A stretch of DNA of 64,000 bases from an uncultured Parcubacteria group bacterium (GCA_903944135.1 CAJAQL010000006.1:9425-73424); one strand, 5' to 3'. Counted from the stretch's first letter, positions 39,233 through 49,339 are shown. Notes: generated by a model not told the origin, from the letters alone. Numbers and translations are program-made.

Positions 39233-40609
39233 TTAGAGCGGCGGCAGAGCGTCCACGGCGGAATAGCGCTTGTCGATGGTCTTGAAGGTGGCTCGTTCGG
39301 CATCGAATTTGAGATCAATCGTACCAAGAGCGCCGTTCCGATGTTTCGCAACGATGATTTGAGTTGTACCCTGTTCTTCTTCGCCATAGCTTGCGTTCTG
39401 ATCGCGATCCTTACGATAAATGAACATAACGACATCCGCATCCTGTTCAATGGAACCTGATTCCCGGAGATCGGACAGCCGCGGCATGCCACCACGCTGC
39501 TCAATGCCGCGCGAGAGCTGGGACAGCGCCAGGACCGGCACCTTGAGCTCACGGGCAAGCGCCTTGAGACCGCGCGAGATCTCCGTGACCTGGGAAACGA
39601 CGTTATCGCTCGAGGTGCGCGGCCGAATAAGCTGGAGATAATCAACGATCAAGAGATCAAGTCCGTGCTCGACCTGAAGCCGCCGCGCCATAGAGCGCAT
39701 CTGGATGACATTAAGGGAAGGGGAATCGTCGACGAATATTTTTGCATTCGAAAGCTTCTCGAGCCCGCTCTGTATCATGGCGAATTCCGAATCATCCTCG
39801 ATACGCCCCGTCAAAATATGCCACAATGGCACCTGGGATGTCGCCGAAATGACGCGATCGACGATCTGTTCGCGCGACATTTCGAGGGAAAAGAGACCAA
39901 CCGTAGCGCCGGTGAACGCCGCCTGACGCGCAATGTCGAGCGCCAAGGATGTCTTACCCACCGACGGCCGCGCGCCGAGCACGACGAGTTCCGATTTTTG
40001 AAGGCCTGAAAGAATCGTGTCGAGCTCCGCAAAACCGGTCGGCACGCCGCGCAGCTTGTTGCCGCCCGCGTGGAGCTTTGCAATGCGATCCGCCGCAGTC
40101 GCGAGTTCATCTTTCACGGCCACGAAGTTCTGGGGAAGCGAATGTTCCGAGATCGAAAGTATCTTCTGCTCGATCTCATCCATCAGATCTTCCATGTTCC
40201 GCTTCGGCACGAACGCCATTTCGGTGATCTCCGCCGCAGCCCTGATCAGATCGCGCAGAGTCTTTTTCTCCTTCACGATGGTCGCGTAATGCGCAACATG
40301 CGATGCGGTCGTCACCTGATTCGTAAGTTCCGCAAGATAGCTCGATCCGCCGACCTCAGAAAGCGCGTCCTTTTCTTTGAGATAGGTCGTGAGCGTCATC
40401 ACGTCGATCGGTTGGCGTTTTTCATAGAGCGAAAGGATGGCTTCGAATATCTTCTCGTGCTGGGGCGAATAAAAATCGATTGGCGTCAAAATATCGGCGA
40501 CATGAAAGATCGCATTCTTATCGATCAAAATACTGCCCAAGACCGCGGCTTCGGCGTCGAGATTCTGCGGCGGAATTTTAAGCTGGGATTTTTTGGATGG
40601 AATGGACAT
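39233..40609 (-). CDS. dnaB: Replicative DNA helicase
   Basis: PPQN.DAE..VLGS, ARPSVGKT, FSLEMS, DYLQL, LSQLSR, DLRESGSIEQDAD, KHRNG. Confidence 0.95.
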   Translation of the reverse strand: MSIPSKKSQLKIPPQNLDAEAAVLGSILIDKNAIFHVADILTPIDFYSPQHEKIFEAILSLYEKRQPIDVMTLTTYLKEKDALSEVGGSSYLAELTNQVTTASHVAHYATIVKEKKTLRDLIRAAAEITEMAFVPKRNMEDLMDEIEQKILSISEHSLPQNFVAVKDELATAADRIAKLHAGGNKLRGVPTGFAELDTILSGLQKSELVVLGARPSVGKTSLALDIARQAAFTGATVGLFSLEMSREQIVDRVISATSQVPLWHILTGRIEDDSEFAMIQSGLEKLSNAKIFVDDSPSLNVIQMRSMARRLQVEHGLDLLIVDYLQLIRPRTSSDNVVSQVTEISRGLKALARELKVPVLALSQLSRGIEQRGGMPRLSDLRESGSIEQDADVVMFIYRKDRDQNASYGEEEQGTTQIIVAKHRNGALGTIDLKFDAERATFKTIDKRYSAVDALPPL

Positions 40610-40630
40610 ATTCTTTCGTTATTATAATTT

Positions 40631-40699
40631 TGTCATGGTCCGCGGAGGCGGACCATCCATGCTAGAAGCACGGGTCATCCGCCTACGCGGCCGATGACA
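40631..40699. repeat. TGTCAT/ATGACA palindromic repeat dimer
   Basis: TGTCATGGTCCGCGGAGGCGGACCATCCA ... GCGGCCGATGACA; related copy on - strand at 63899-63930. Confidence 0.65.
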
Positions 40700-40702
40700 A
40701 AT

Positions 40703-42070
40703 CTAAAACATTTTCTTCACAAGGTGCGAACCGTTTTCCGTATCCCGTACTTCGTATCCTAAGTCTTCCAGTTCTTTCCACAAGCCGTCGGACTGCATAA
40801 ACTGTTTATTAGCTCTGCATTCGTTATATTGAGCCAATTTTTCAACGATAAAAGGTGGTAGTTCCTCATTTTTTCTTACCATGTCCAGACCGAGCGTCTG
40901 ACTGAACGAATCAAGCAAAACCCGTTTTTCTTTTGCGGACAGGTCTTTATCCTTGATCACGTCGAACATGGTCGCAAGCGCCACGGGCGTGTTCAGATCG
41001 TCGGAGAGCGCCGCATCGAATTTTTCTTTCCATACCGATAACGTACCCTGATCTTTTCGTTTTTCCTCTTTGCGGTCTTCCTCCCGCAGTTCGAGATAGC
41101 GATTGGAAAGATTCTCGAGCGCCGCTGCCGCCTGCAGGGCGAGCTCGTCGGAAAAATCGACAGGGGAGCGGTAATGGTTCGCAAGCGCGATCCAGTGCAG
41201 AACTTCGGGGGGATATTTTTTGAGAAAATCCCTGATCGTGATGAAATTACCCAAGCTCTTCGACATCTTTTGTCCTTTGACCGTGAGAAATCCGGTATGC
41301 ATCCAGAATCGTACAAAGGGTTTCAATCCGGACGCGGATTCCTGTTGGGCAAGTTCGGCTTCGTGATGGGGGAATTTCAGATCGAGCCCCCCGCCATGGA
41401 TATCATATTGCGGACCGAAATAATATTCGGAAATTGCCGTGTCCTCGATATGCCATCCAGGACGGCCGTCGCCGATCGCCGTCTTCCAGACGGGCTCTCC
41501 CGGTTTCGAAAATTTCCACAAACAAAAATCTCCTTTGTTCCGCTTGGCGCCAGCATCATCGATCCGCGAAACTCCATCTTCGGCCTGCGCAACGGTCCGG
41601 CCGGATAATTTTCCATAGTCTTCATCTTTGGAAATATCAAAATACCATCCATCGCCGCCGATTTTATATGCAAAACCTTTATCGATCAGCCGTTCCACCT
41701 GAGCGACGATCTGGGAGATGAAGTCCGTCGCCGGAGCATAGCGGCTCACCGCATCAACGCCAAGTGCCTGCATATCCTCCAGATATGCCCGAGAAAACTC
41801 TTTTGCGAGCGCTTCGGGCTTTATGCTGCGTTCAGCCGCACGTGCAATGATCTTATCGTCAAGATCGGTGACGTTCTGAAGATAGGTGACTTCATAGCCC
41901 TGCGAGCGCAGATATTTCACGAAAAAATCAAAAAAGATATAGGTACGCGCGTGGCCGATGTGCGCATAATCATAAACGGTCGGTCCGCAGACGAACAAAC
42001 GGATCTTTTGCTGTTCTTCCGGCGCGGGAAACGCTTCTTTCTTCCGTGAAAGAGTATTATAAAGTTCCAT
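40703..42070 (-). CDS. cysS: Cysteine--tRNA ligase
   Basis: CGPTVYD..HIGH, DF.LWK, GRPGWHIE, FPHHE, KMSKSLGN. Confidence 0.95.
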   Translation of the reverse strand: MELYNTLSRKKEAFPAPEEQQKIRLFVCGPTVYDYAHIGHARTYIFFDFFVKYLRSQGYEVTYLQNVTDLDDKIIARAAERSIKPEALAKEFSRAYLEDMQALGVDAVSRYAPATDFISQIVAQVERLIDKGFAYKIGGDGWYFDISKDEDYGKLSGRTVAQAEDGVSRIDDAGAKRNKGDFCLWKFSKPGEPVWKTAIGDGRPGWHIEDTAISEYYFGPQYDIHGGGLDLKFPHHEAELAQQESASGLKPFVRFWMHTGFLTVKGQKMSKSLGNFITIRDFLKKYPPEVLHWIALANHYRSPVDFSDELALQAAAALENLSNRYLELREEDRKEEKRKDQGTLSVWKEKFDAALSDDLNTPVALATMFDVIKDKDLSAKEKRVLLDSFSQTLGLDMVRKNEELPPFIVEKLAQYNECRANKQFMQSDGLWKELEDLGYEVRDTENGSHLVKKMF

Positions 42071-42094
42071 ATATAAGTTATAATATCATTACCC

Positions 42095-42901
42095 ATGAAA
42101 AAACGGAAAAAGCTCGGTCTGGCGCTCGGAAGCGGCGGACCGCGCGGCCTCTATCATATCGGCGTCTTAAAGACGCTCGCAAAACATAATATCCCCGTTG
42201 ATTACATCGCGGGATCGAGCGTCGGCGCCTGGGTCGGCGCATATTATGCGTTGCATCAGGATATCGCACAGCTTGAAGAACTGACCAGCGGAAACAAGAC
42301 CGAAAAATTCATCAGTATGTTCGAATTTTCCTTGTCCGGCGGGCTCATTAAAGGAGAAAAATTGGAGCGTCTTTTGAATGAATGGCTGAAAGGTGCAAAA
42401 TTCAGCGATACGAAAATCCCGTATCGTGCGGTTGCAACCGATCTTAAAGCCGGCATTCCTTTTGTATTTGAAACCGGAAAGCTCGCACCGGCGCTTCGCG
42501 CAAGCATGGCGATTCCGGGAGCATTCAAACCGGTCGCATATAAGAACAAAATACTGATCGATGGCGGTGTTTCAAACCCCGTACCGGACGATATTGTGCG
42601 ACAGATGGGTGCCGATGTCGTTCTCGCGGTCGATCTTAATGGCGTCCCACAGGGCAAGGACATGAAAAATGTAAAGATCAAAACCATCAGCGAAACCCTG
42701 AAAACGGCGATCAATATCCTGTGCTATCATCTGGCGATCGCAACAACACGGGACGCCGATATCGTCCTGCGGCCATATCTCGAGAAATACGCAAGCTGGA
42801 CCGATTATTTTCTCACGAACAATGGCTATGAGGCGATCGTCCTTGGCGAACAAGACACCGAAAAGATAATTCCGACCCTGCGCAGAAAATTGAAAGGATA
42901 G
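42095..42901 (+). CDS. Patatin-like phospholipase
   Basis: LGSGG.RG..HIGV, GSSVG, DGG. Confidence 0.9.
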   Translation: MKKRKKLGLALGSGGPRGLYHIGVLKTLAKHNIPVDYIAGSSVGAWVGAYYALHQDIAQLEELTSGNKTEKFISMFEFSLSGGLIKGEKLERLLNEWLKGAKFSDTKIPYRAVATDLKAGIPFVFETGKLAPALRASMAIPGAFKPVAYKNKILIDGGVSNPVPDDIVRQMGADVVLAVDLNGVPQGKDMKNVKIKTISETLKTAINILCYHLAIATTRDADIVLRPYLEKYASWTDYFLTNNGYEAIVLGEQDTEKIIPTLRRKLKG

Positions 42902-43183
42902 AAGAATTAAAGAAAATGGAGATCTTCGATAGGCTCAGAAGACAGAATGACAGGAAGAATAAAAAATCGAGGAAAGATAGCTCATTTTGCGGCTGATATA
43001 TCAAATCTACGAAGTCTTAGTTAATAGGATATCTGTTGTAAGATGAGCGCATAGTTGGTTTTATATACATACGTCGTAAAACATATATTGTGCGACAGAT
43101 AGTATATATAAAGAAACATCAAAAACGACCATTCCCTACCGTTCTAAGTCGACTTTTTTCTCTTGAACCATTAGGATAGAACG

Positions 43184-43801
43184 ATGAAAAAAGGGCTTGG
43201 CTTTATCTTTTTATTTTTCTGCGTCGTAATTCTCCTGAACTATCTTGTTTTATCGATGCGTTCGCTCCATTTTCCATCCCTATTTACCACCACATCGAAC
43301 AATACGGTTTATGATGGACTTCCATATGTTGATGTTAACTTCTTCAGCCCGGATGGCGAAGGCAGGAGCTATATCACCCAAGGCTACGGTGTCACACCCT
43401 ATGCCTATCTTTACGTAAACCATTGGCATGACGGGATCGACATTGCTGCGAACTATGGAGAAAAGATCTATTCACCGGTGGACGGAACCGTTTTTGCGAC
43501 CGGCGATCAGGACAATTACTGCTATCATCTTGGATTTGGAAAATATGTCGCCGTGAAGGATGATGCAAAAGATACCGTGTTCTGGTACGCTCACCTCGGC
43601 ACGATCGCGGTATCACCGGGAATGAAGATTAAAAAAGGCACAGCGATCGGAACGGTCGGCACAACCGGATATGAGTTCGGTGTCCATCTTCATCTTTCAA
43701 TATTCGACGAAAACGGATTTTCGATGCAAAATAGAAATGGATGCGGTCCGGATCCTACCGGAAAAGATATCGACCCAATCCCCTTTTTAAAAACACTATA
43801 A
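43184..43801 (+). CDS. M23 family metallopeptidase
   Basis: HDGIDIA, YAHL, VG.TG...G.HLH. Confidence 0.9.
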   Translation: MKKGLGFIFLFFCVVILLNYLVLSMRSLHFPSLFTTTSNNTVYDGLPYVDVNFFSPDGEGRSYITQGYGVTPYAYLYVNHWHDGIDIAANYGEKIYSPVDGTVFATGDQDNYCYHLGFGKYVAVKDDAKDTVFWYAHLGTIAVSPGMKIKKGTAIGTVGTTGYEFGVHLHLSIFDENGFSMQNRNGCGPDPTGKDIDPIPFLKTL

Positions 43802-43804
43802 AAA

Positions 43805-45151
43805 ATGAAAAACAACGATAATCAGAGGTTTATTTATTTCATCGGTATCGGCGGTATCGGTATCAGTGCTCTTGCGCGGCTTTATCATGCAAAAGGCTGG
43901 CGCGTCGCAGGCTCTGACACGACGCCGAGCGAGCTGATCGCAGCGCTCCGCAAAGAAGGGATCCAGGTGACCATTGGCCATAAAAAAGAAAACATAAAAC
44001 CCAATTTCGATCTCGTGATTTATAATCGGGCCATCCATCAGGATAATCCGGAAATTCTTGCCGCAAAAAAACTCCGCATCAAAACGCTCACCTATGCGGA
44101 GATCATGGGAAAATTAACGGAAGAATATGCTACGATCGCGATCACGGGCTCGCACGGCAAAAGCACGACCACGGCGCTTGCGGCGCTTGCGCTTATGAAA
44201 GGAAAATGCGACCCGACCGTGCTCATCGGTACGACGCTTAAAGAATTCGGAGGAAAGAATATCCGTATCGGCGGGAGCGACTATCTCGTGATCGAGGCAG
44301 ATGATTTCGGCGCGGCGTTCACCGCCTATTCCCCTACCGTCGCGATCGTCACGAACATCGACAAGGAACATCTCGATTTCTACAAAAATTTCAATAACGT
44401 GAAAGTGGCATTCCTGAAATTCCTGTCGCGTGTGAAACCGGGCGGTCTCATGATCTTAAATCGCGAAAATGCCGTATTGTGGAGCCTGCACGATCGCATT
44501 GCCACGACCGCAAAGAAAAATGAAGTGACGGTCGCCTGGTATGCCGCGACCGGCGCGGCGGCTAAAAAAATAAAGGAAGTCATTTCTCTTCCTGGCGCGC
44601 ATAATATCTCGAACGCTACCGCCATCTATGAGCTCGGCAGGTTCCTCGAAATTCCAGAAAAGGATGTTCTTTCGGCTATTCACGGCTATCGCGGGGCATA
44701 TCGCCGCATGGAGCTTCGCGGAAAGTTCAAAGGTGCACCAGTCTTCGACGATTACGCGCATCACCCGACCGAGATCGCGGCGACGCTTCAGGCATTTCGC
44801 GAAAAATTCCCAAAGAAAAAGATACTCTGCGTCTTCCAGCCGCATCAAGTCCAGCGGACGGCACTCCTCTTTAAAGAGTTTCAGACCGCCTTCAATGGCG
44901 CCGACGAAACGCTCATCTTGCCGATCTACCATGTTGTCGGCCGTGATACGGTCATCCCGAATCGCGATTCCGCGGCGCTCGTGCGCGCAATCCAGAAAAA
45001 ACAGCCGCGCAAACCGATTTTTTATCTTGCAGATCCCAAAAAATTGAGAGAGGCCGTTCTGGCACTTGATGGCACTCCCCTCTCGAATAAAGTGATCATC
45101 ATGATGGGTGCCGGCGACATCGTAAAAATGACGGATAAGCTGATAAGATAA
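43805..45151 (+). CDS. murC: UDP-N-acetylmuramate--L-alanine ligase
   Basis: FIGIGGIGIS, GSHGKSTTT, EAD, DDYAHHPTEI, FQPH, MGAGD. Confidence 0.9.
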   Translation: MKNNDNQRFIYFIGIGGIGISALARLYHAKGWRVAGSDTTPSELIAALRKEGIQVTIGHKKENIKPNFDLVIYNRAIHQDNPEILAAKKLRIKTLTYAEIMGKLTEEYATIAITGSHGKSTTTALAALALMKGKCDPTVLIGTTLKEFGGKNIRIGGSDYLVIEADDFGAAFTAYSPTVAIVTNIDKEHLDFYKNFNNVKVAFLKFLSRVKPGGLMILNRENAVLWSLHDRIATTAKKNEVTVAWYAATGAAAKKIKEVISLPGAHNISNATAIYELGRFLEIPEKDVLSAIHGYRGAYRRMELRGKFKGAPVFDDYAHHPTEIAATLQAFREKFPKKKILCVFQPHQVQRTALLFKEFQTAFNGADETLILPIYHVVGRDTVIPNRDSAALVRAIQKKQPRKPIFYLADPKKLREAVLALDGTPLSNKVIIMMGAGDIVKMTDKLIR

Positions 45152-45157
45152 ATCATC

Positions 45158-45230
45158 TGTCATGTCGAGCCGCGCGAGACATCTCCGAGGCACTTGCTAA
45201 GCCAGATTTCTTGCAAAACTCGGAATGACA
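45158..45230. repeat. TGTCAT/ATGACA palindromic repeat dimer
   Basis: TGTCATGTCGAG..AGACATCTC ... CTCGGAATGACA. Confidence 0.55.
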
Positions 45231-45270
45231 TTTTTATTGCAAAGAAACGTGTTATCATATCTTAACTATT

Positions 45271-46041
45271 ATGGCATTCAGCGAATATCAGGACATTGAA
45301 GATTTCAAGGAACAATGCGGCTATACGATCGAGGACGTATGGTATCCGCGCGTCACGAAGATCGTGGGTATCAAAGCGAAGCCGGCGCTCTACCGGTATT
45401 ACGGCGCAGCACCGAGCTTCAAAGCGGCGCAGGAGGCCACTGAGCAATCGGCAAAAGAAGGCACGCTGGTCCACGAGACCGTCGAAGCGGCGCTTCTCGG
45501 AAAAGATCCCGAAATACCGGAATCGGTCGCGCCTGCCGTGAACGCCGCACTATCGTTCATTGAAGCCAATCGCATCGAGGTATTACCGGAAAATATCGAG
45601 CGGCGGATCGTAAACCATGATGAACGCTACGCGGGCACCATTGACGCGCTCGCACGGATCGACGGACGGCTTGGCGTTTTGGATATCAAAACATCGCAAT
45701 CGATCTATCGCGATTACGGCCTCCAAACATCGGCCTATGTAGATGCATTGAAAAACGATTTCGATGATCTCGAAGCACGCTGGATCCTTCGCATCGATCA
45801 GATCCAAAAATGCCTCCGTTGCGGCGCGCGGCGGCGGGTAAAAGGCGGCAATGAGAAGATCGCCATCGTCTGGGGTAATCCCACGCAACGGGGCTGTTCA
45901 CACTCATGGAGCGAGCTTGTAGGTGAGATCGAACTCAAAGAATTTCCCGCCTGGCGGCATGATTTCGAAGCATTCCTTGCGGCAAAGAAACTCTGGGAAT
46001 GGGAAAACGAGGATTGGCTGAAGAAGATAGGATATTTGTGA
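45271..46041 (+). CDS. PD-(D/E)XK nuclease superfamily protein
   Basis: PRVT.I, GT.VH, E, YAGTID, D.KTS, Q..AY motifs plus C..C...C.H. Confidence 0.75.
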   Translation: MAFSEYQDIEDFKEQCGYTIEDVWYPRVTKIVGIKAKPALYRYYGAAPSFKAAQEATEQSAKEGTLVHETVEAALLGKDPEIPESVAPAVNAALSFIEANRIEVLPENIERRIVNHDERYAGTIDALARIDGRLGVLDIKTSQSIYRDYGLQTSAYVDALKNDFDDLEARWILRIDQIQKCLRCGARRRVKGGNEKIAIVWGNPTQRGCSHSWSELVGEIELKEFPAWRHDFEAFLAAKKLWEWENEDWLKKIGYL

Positions 46042-46170
46042 TCCTTCCGCAGAATCGCCTCAGGAGAAGATCTCGGCTCCGCGATCGCAAATGAAGAGAA
46101 AAATATTCCCTCCATATTTTTCGCGTTCTGAACGCAACGATCGGGAGTAGCCAAATTTTAAAACTAAACC

Positions 46171-46416
46171 TTATTTCAGATGAACGAAGAGATTGATGAT
46201 CGCCGCCAAGGCAATCATCATCCAAATGAGGTTAAGCCAGAATGGCTGATAGTCTTTCCGATAGTAAGTTTCTATCGTAACACCCAATGCACCCGTAAGA
46301 TTAAGCGCTTGATACGGAAGACTTGTCGGAGAAAGAACAGAAAAGCTCACAAAAAGATAAGCTCCGAGCGTCGCAATGACCCCGTACCACCCAAGAATAC
46401 CTGAAACCTTTCTCAT
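46171..46416 (-). CDS. Small 3-TM membrane protein (CBU_0592-like)
   Basis: GW.G....L.AY, YQ.LN..GA, LN..W. Confidence 0.7.
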   Translation of the reverse strand: MRKVSGILGWYGVIATLGAYLFVSFSVLSPTSLPYQALNLTGALGVTIETYYRKDYQPFWLNLIWMMIALAAIINLFVHLK

Positions 46417-46501
46417 CTTTTTATTATAACTTATCCGCAACAGCACATGACCTCCGAACCATATCAGGGAACAGCATTCAAATAGTTATATTCCCCGGAA
46501 G

Positions 46502-46531
46502 TTGACAAATATATAATAAATATGTTATATT
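46502..46531 (+). promoter_or_regulatory. Sigma70-like promoter of orphan cassette
   Basis: TTGACA-18-TATATT with TG extension; starts TTGACAAATAT like repeat B. Confidence 0.6.
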
Positions 46532-46632
46532 TGTTCCAGCATCCGGTTGACTAAGCCGGTTTGTAAATCTGCCTTTCGGGGAGGCTATCCCCGAAGAATC
46601 CGGGTCGGCTAGGCCTGGACAGGAGAAGCGTC

Positions 46633-47166
46633 ATGTTGGATGAGAGATCTGACTTTTTCAAAAAATGCACGACCGTATTGCTCGTGCTTGCCATGATCGC
46701 CACAGGGATCGTCGAGTTGAATAACTTCTTCTTCCCCCTTCCCTCGAATTTCATGGCTGTAACAGGGGTACTGCTTCCCCTCTTTCCGTGTGCAGCGATC
46801 ATTTCCCTGTTCCGCCTGCACCGTTGGAGCAAACTGGAAAAGCAGTTCCTGGAATTCGTCGGTGTGACCGCACCCGGCTCTCGGGACAGAGAAGCCATCG
46901 AGATGATGCAGCCGTTGGTTGACGCCAAGATGGACGAGATCTTTGAAACCATCATGGAACTCAAGGATAAGATCGAGAACCTTGGCGTAAACGAATTCGC
47001 TACCTGCACCGAAGCTTCCGGTCTCGTCGTAAAATTCAACGGCTTGAGGGCCGATATCCGAGACGAGAGAGATCGCTACGAAGACATGAGGGATCTCGTT
47101 TGCCATTTCGGATTCACGGCGAGGTCTGAGCGCAAGCGCTCCAAGGCTCTCGCAAAGAACAAATAG
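46633..47166 (+). CDS. Orphan two-TM protein with coiled-coil tail
   Basis: AGGAG SD; hairpin terminator at about 47182-47203. Confidence 0.65.
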   Translation: MLDERSDFFKKCTTVLLVLAMIATGIVELNNFFFPLPSNFMAVTGVLLPLFPCAAIISLFRLHRWSKLEKQFLEFVGVTAPGSRDREAIEMMQPLVDAKMDEIFETIMELKDKIENLGVNEFATCTEASGLVVKFNGLRADIRDERDRYEDMRDLVCHFGFTARSERKRSKALAKNK

Positions 47167-47221
47167 TTAGGATAAACAATGGGGACCAGTCATGCTGGTC
47201 CCCTATTTCTTTATCAAAATT

Positions 47222-48289
47222 TTACAACAATCCCCTGACGTCTCGAACGGTAAGCAGTATCATGAGCAACAAGAGAAACGCAAAACCGAGGCCGTTGATC
47301 CACGCTTCCACTTTTTCAGGTATCGGCGATCCTTTTATCTTTTCAATGATGATCATGAGAAATCTGCCGCCATCAAGCGCCGGAAACGGAATGAGATTCA
47401 CGACCGCGAGATTCAGCGAAATGATGCCGAGCAATTGAACAAGATAGATAGCGCCGATGCTTCCCGTTTCTTCGGCAACTCCGAAAATACCGACCGGGCC
47501 GACGACGCCCGTGAGAAGCGACGCATGTACGAAAAGATTTTTGATCAGCTGCCAGAGCGTCTGGAATATCATCCCGGCGAGAATGAATGACGTCCTGAGC
47601 CCGTCCCACAATGCCTGAAAGAACGGCTCACGCGCCGTCCCGCCCTCGGAAAGCGCAACGCCGATCGGACCTTCATTCGGTCCGACGTTCATGCGCGGCG
47701 TGACCGTCACGTCCACTTCCTTGCCATTCCTGAGCAAAGCAATCTCTGTCGGCTGTCCGCGATGCGCATCGACGTAATTGATGAAGCTCTGCGAATCAGT
47801 GAAATTCTTTACGATATCGCCCTGCGCGATCTTTGCCATGGCCGCCGGCGAACCAGGTTCGGTCGCGGTTATGACCAGCGCCTTCGGCGTCCCGACCATA
47901 AGAACAGCAGAGACCAGGATCCATCCAAAGATGAAGTTGAAGACGATACCCGCAAGAATAATGATGCTTTTCTTCCATGCAGGCTGCGCAAAAAACAACC
48001 GCTCATGGTCAACTGGCTCCTTTTTTTCTCCGCCCGCGATCAGGGTCGGATCGTCCTCCACCATGGCAAATTCGCCGCGCTCACCCGAAATGCGTACGAA
48101 TCCGCCGAATGGCAGCCAATTCACGCTGTATTCCGTATCCCCTTTTTTCTTCGCCCAGATCCGCGGCGGAAATCCAATACCGAATTCATCCACCTTCAGC
48201 CCGAAAAGTTTTGCGCACAAAAAATGCCCGGCCTCATGGCCGAGAATCAATATCGATAGACCAACAAGAACAAGAATAAAAATGATCAT
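47222..48289 (-). CDS. rseP: M50 family site-2 protease RseP
   Basis: HEAGH, LPFGGFV, PDZ, NLIPFPALDGG. Confidence 0.9.
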   Translation of the reverse strand: MIIFILVLVGLSILILGHEAGHFLCAKLFGLKVDEFGIGFPPRIWAKKKGDTEYSVNWLPFGGFVRISGERGEFAMVEDDPTLIAGGEKKEPVDHERLFFAQPAWKKSIIILAGIVFNFIFGWILVSAVLMVGTPKALVITATEPGSPAAMAKIAQGDIVKNFTDSQSFINYVDAHRGQPTEIALLRNGKEVDVTVTPRMNVGPNEGPIGVALSEGGTAREPFFQALWDGLRTSFILAGMIFQTLWQLIKNLFVHASLLTGVVGPVGIFGVAEETGSIGAIYLVQLLGIISLNLAVVNLIPFPALDGGRFLMIIIEKIKGSPIPEKVEAWINGLGFAFLLLLMILLTVRDVRGLL

Positions 48290-48457
48290 AAAAAAGTTAT
48301 CATTCCGGCAAAATTTTCCTTACGGAAACGAAAAACCAGGATCCAAAGTTTCAGTAAGACAATCATACCAAACTCTCCGTCTCTGCGATACTTGACGATC
48401 ATAGAATAACGTGCCTAAAATAAATCGGTAAGAGTAGGCGAGAAATAGGAGGCGTCT

Positions 48458-48604
48458 ATGATCTGGATGGTGGTAGTAGGTGTTCTGCTTGTGATCGTAC
48501 CGCTCGTGAGCGCACTCATTCCGAGACCTCACCCCGTCAGTGCCTTTGGTGGAGCTTGTGTTCTGTTAGGGATCATCCTGCTCATTCTCTCCATCGGCGC
48601 ATAG
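48458..48604 (+). CDS. 48-aa two-TM orphan peptide (not in ORF track)
   Basis: TTGACG-18-TAAAAT promoter, AGGAGG SD, MIWMVVVGVLLVIVPLVSALIPRPHPVSAFGGACVLLGIILLILSIGA, GGGCGCGC/GCGCGCCC hairpin downstream. Confidence 0.6.
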   Translation: MIWMVVVGVLLVIVPLVSALIPRPHPVSAFGGACVLLGIILLILSIGA

Positions 48605-48714
48605 TTCTAAAAAATGGGCGCGCAACCGCAAGGAAGCGCGCCCAAATTATTCTGAGCACCGAATCCCCGCCGGAACGCAGGCGAATGCCGGGATGAAAGG
48701 ATCAAGAATGGTGA

Positions 48715-49275
48715 CTATTCCCCTAATTCGTTCAATTTTTCATCAACCATCTTTTCGATCTCGGCATTCACCCGATCCATCACTTTCTGGATCTTTTCCT
48801 TCCCCTTGAAAACGTCGTCCTTCGTCAGTTCCTTCGCCGCCTCGCCGTCTTTCACGCGCTTCATGATATCGTCGCGCCGCGCGCGAAGCTGAATGCGTGC
48901 GGTCTCCGCTGTTCTCTTTACCAGTTTTGTGAGCTCATCCCGACGCTCATCGCCCAACGCCGAAACCGTCGCCCGGATAGTCGTACCATCATTCGACGCC
49001 GTAAGCCCCATATGCGCCGCCTCGATCGCCTTCATGATCGGATTTACCGCATCCTTGTCCCAAACCGTTATCTGGATGCTCCGCGGCGGAAGTATCGAGA
49101 TCGATCCAAGTTCACGGATACTGAGCGTCCGGTCGTATAAACTGAGCGTGATGTTCTGGATCGCATCCGCGGATGGCCGATTGCCGCGAATGCCGCCGAT
49201 ATCCGTTTTTAATTTTGCGACAACGACCGAGAGGTCCGCTTCAAGATCTTTGATGATTTGTTCCATAGCTGTCAT
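48715..49275 (-). CDS. frr: Ribosome recycling factor
   Basis: IR.NRP, I..WDK..V..I.KAI, ERR.EL.K, R..RD. Confidence 0.85.
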   Translation of the reverse strand: MTAMEQIIKDLEADLSVVVAKLKTDIGGIRGNRPSADAIQNITLSLYDRTLSIRELGSISILPPRSIQITVWDKDAVNPIMKAIEAAHMGLTASNDGTTIRATVSALGDERRDELTKLVKRTAETARIQLRARRDDIMKRVKDGEAAKELTKDDVFKGKEKIQKVMDRVNAEIEKMVDEKLNELGE

Positions 49276-49339
49276 TTTTTAATGATACCAAAAAATCAGT
49301 TGATAGGAAATTGCGAGGATGGCCTCGCTTTTTGTTTTG

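Noticed and set aside
42902-43183. Small gene or RNA in an AT-rich gap
   Set aside because: Only short ORFs without start signals and weak pairing; a partial repeat copy explains the left part
45271-46041. Cas4 of a CRISPR system
   Set aside because: No array or other cas genes; the four-Cys Fe-S pattern of Cas4 is not evident
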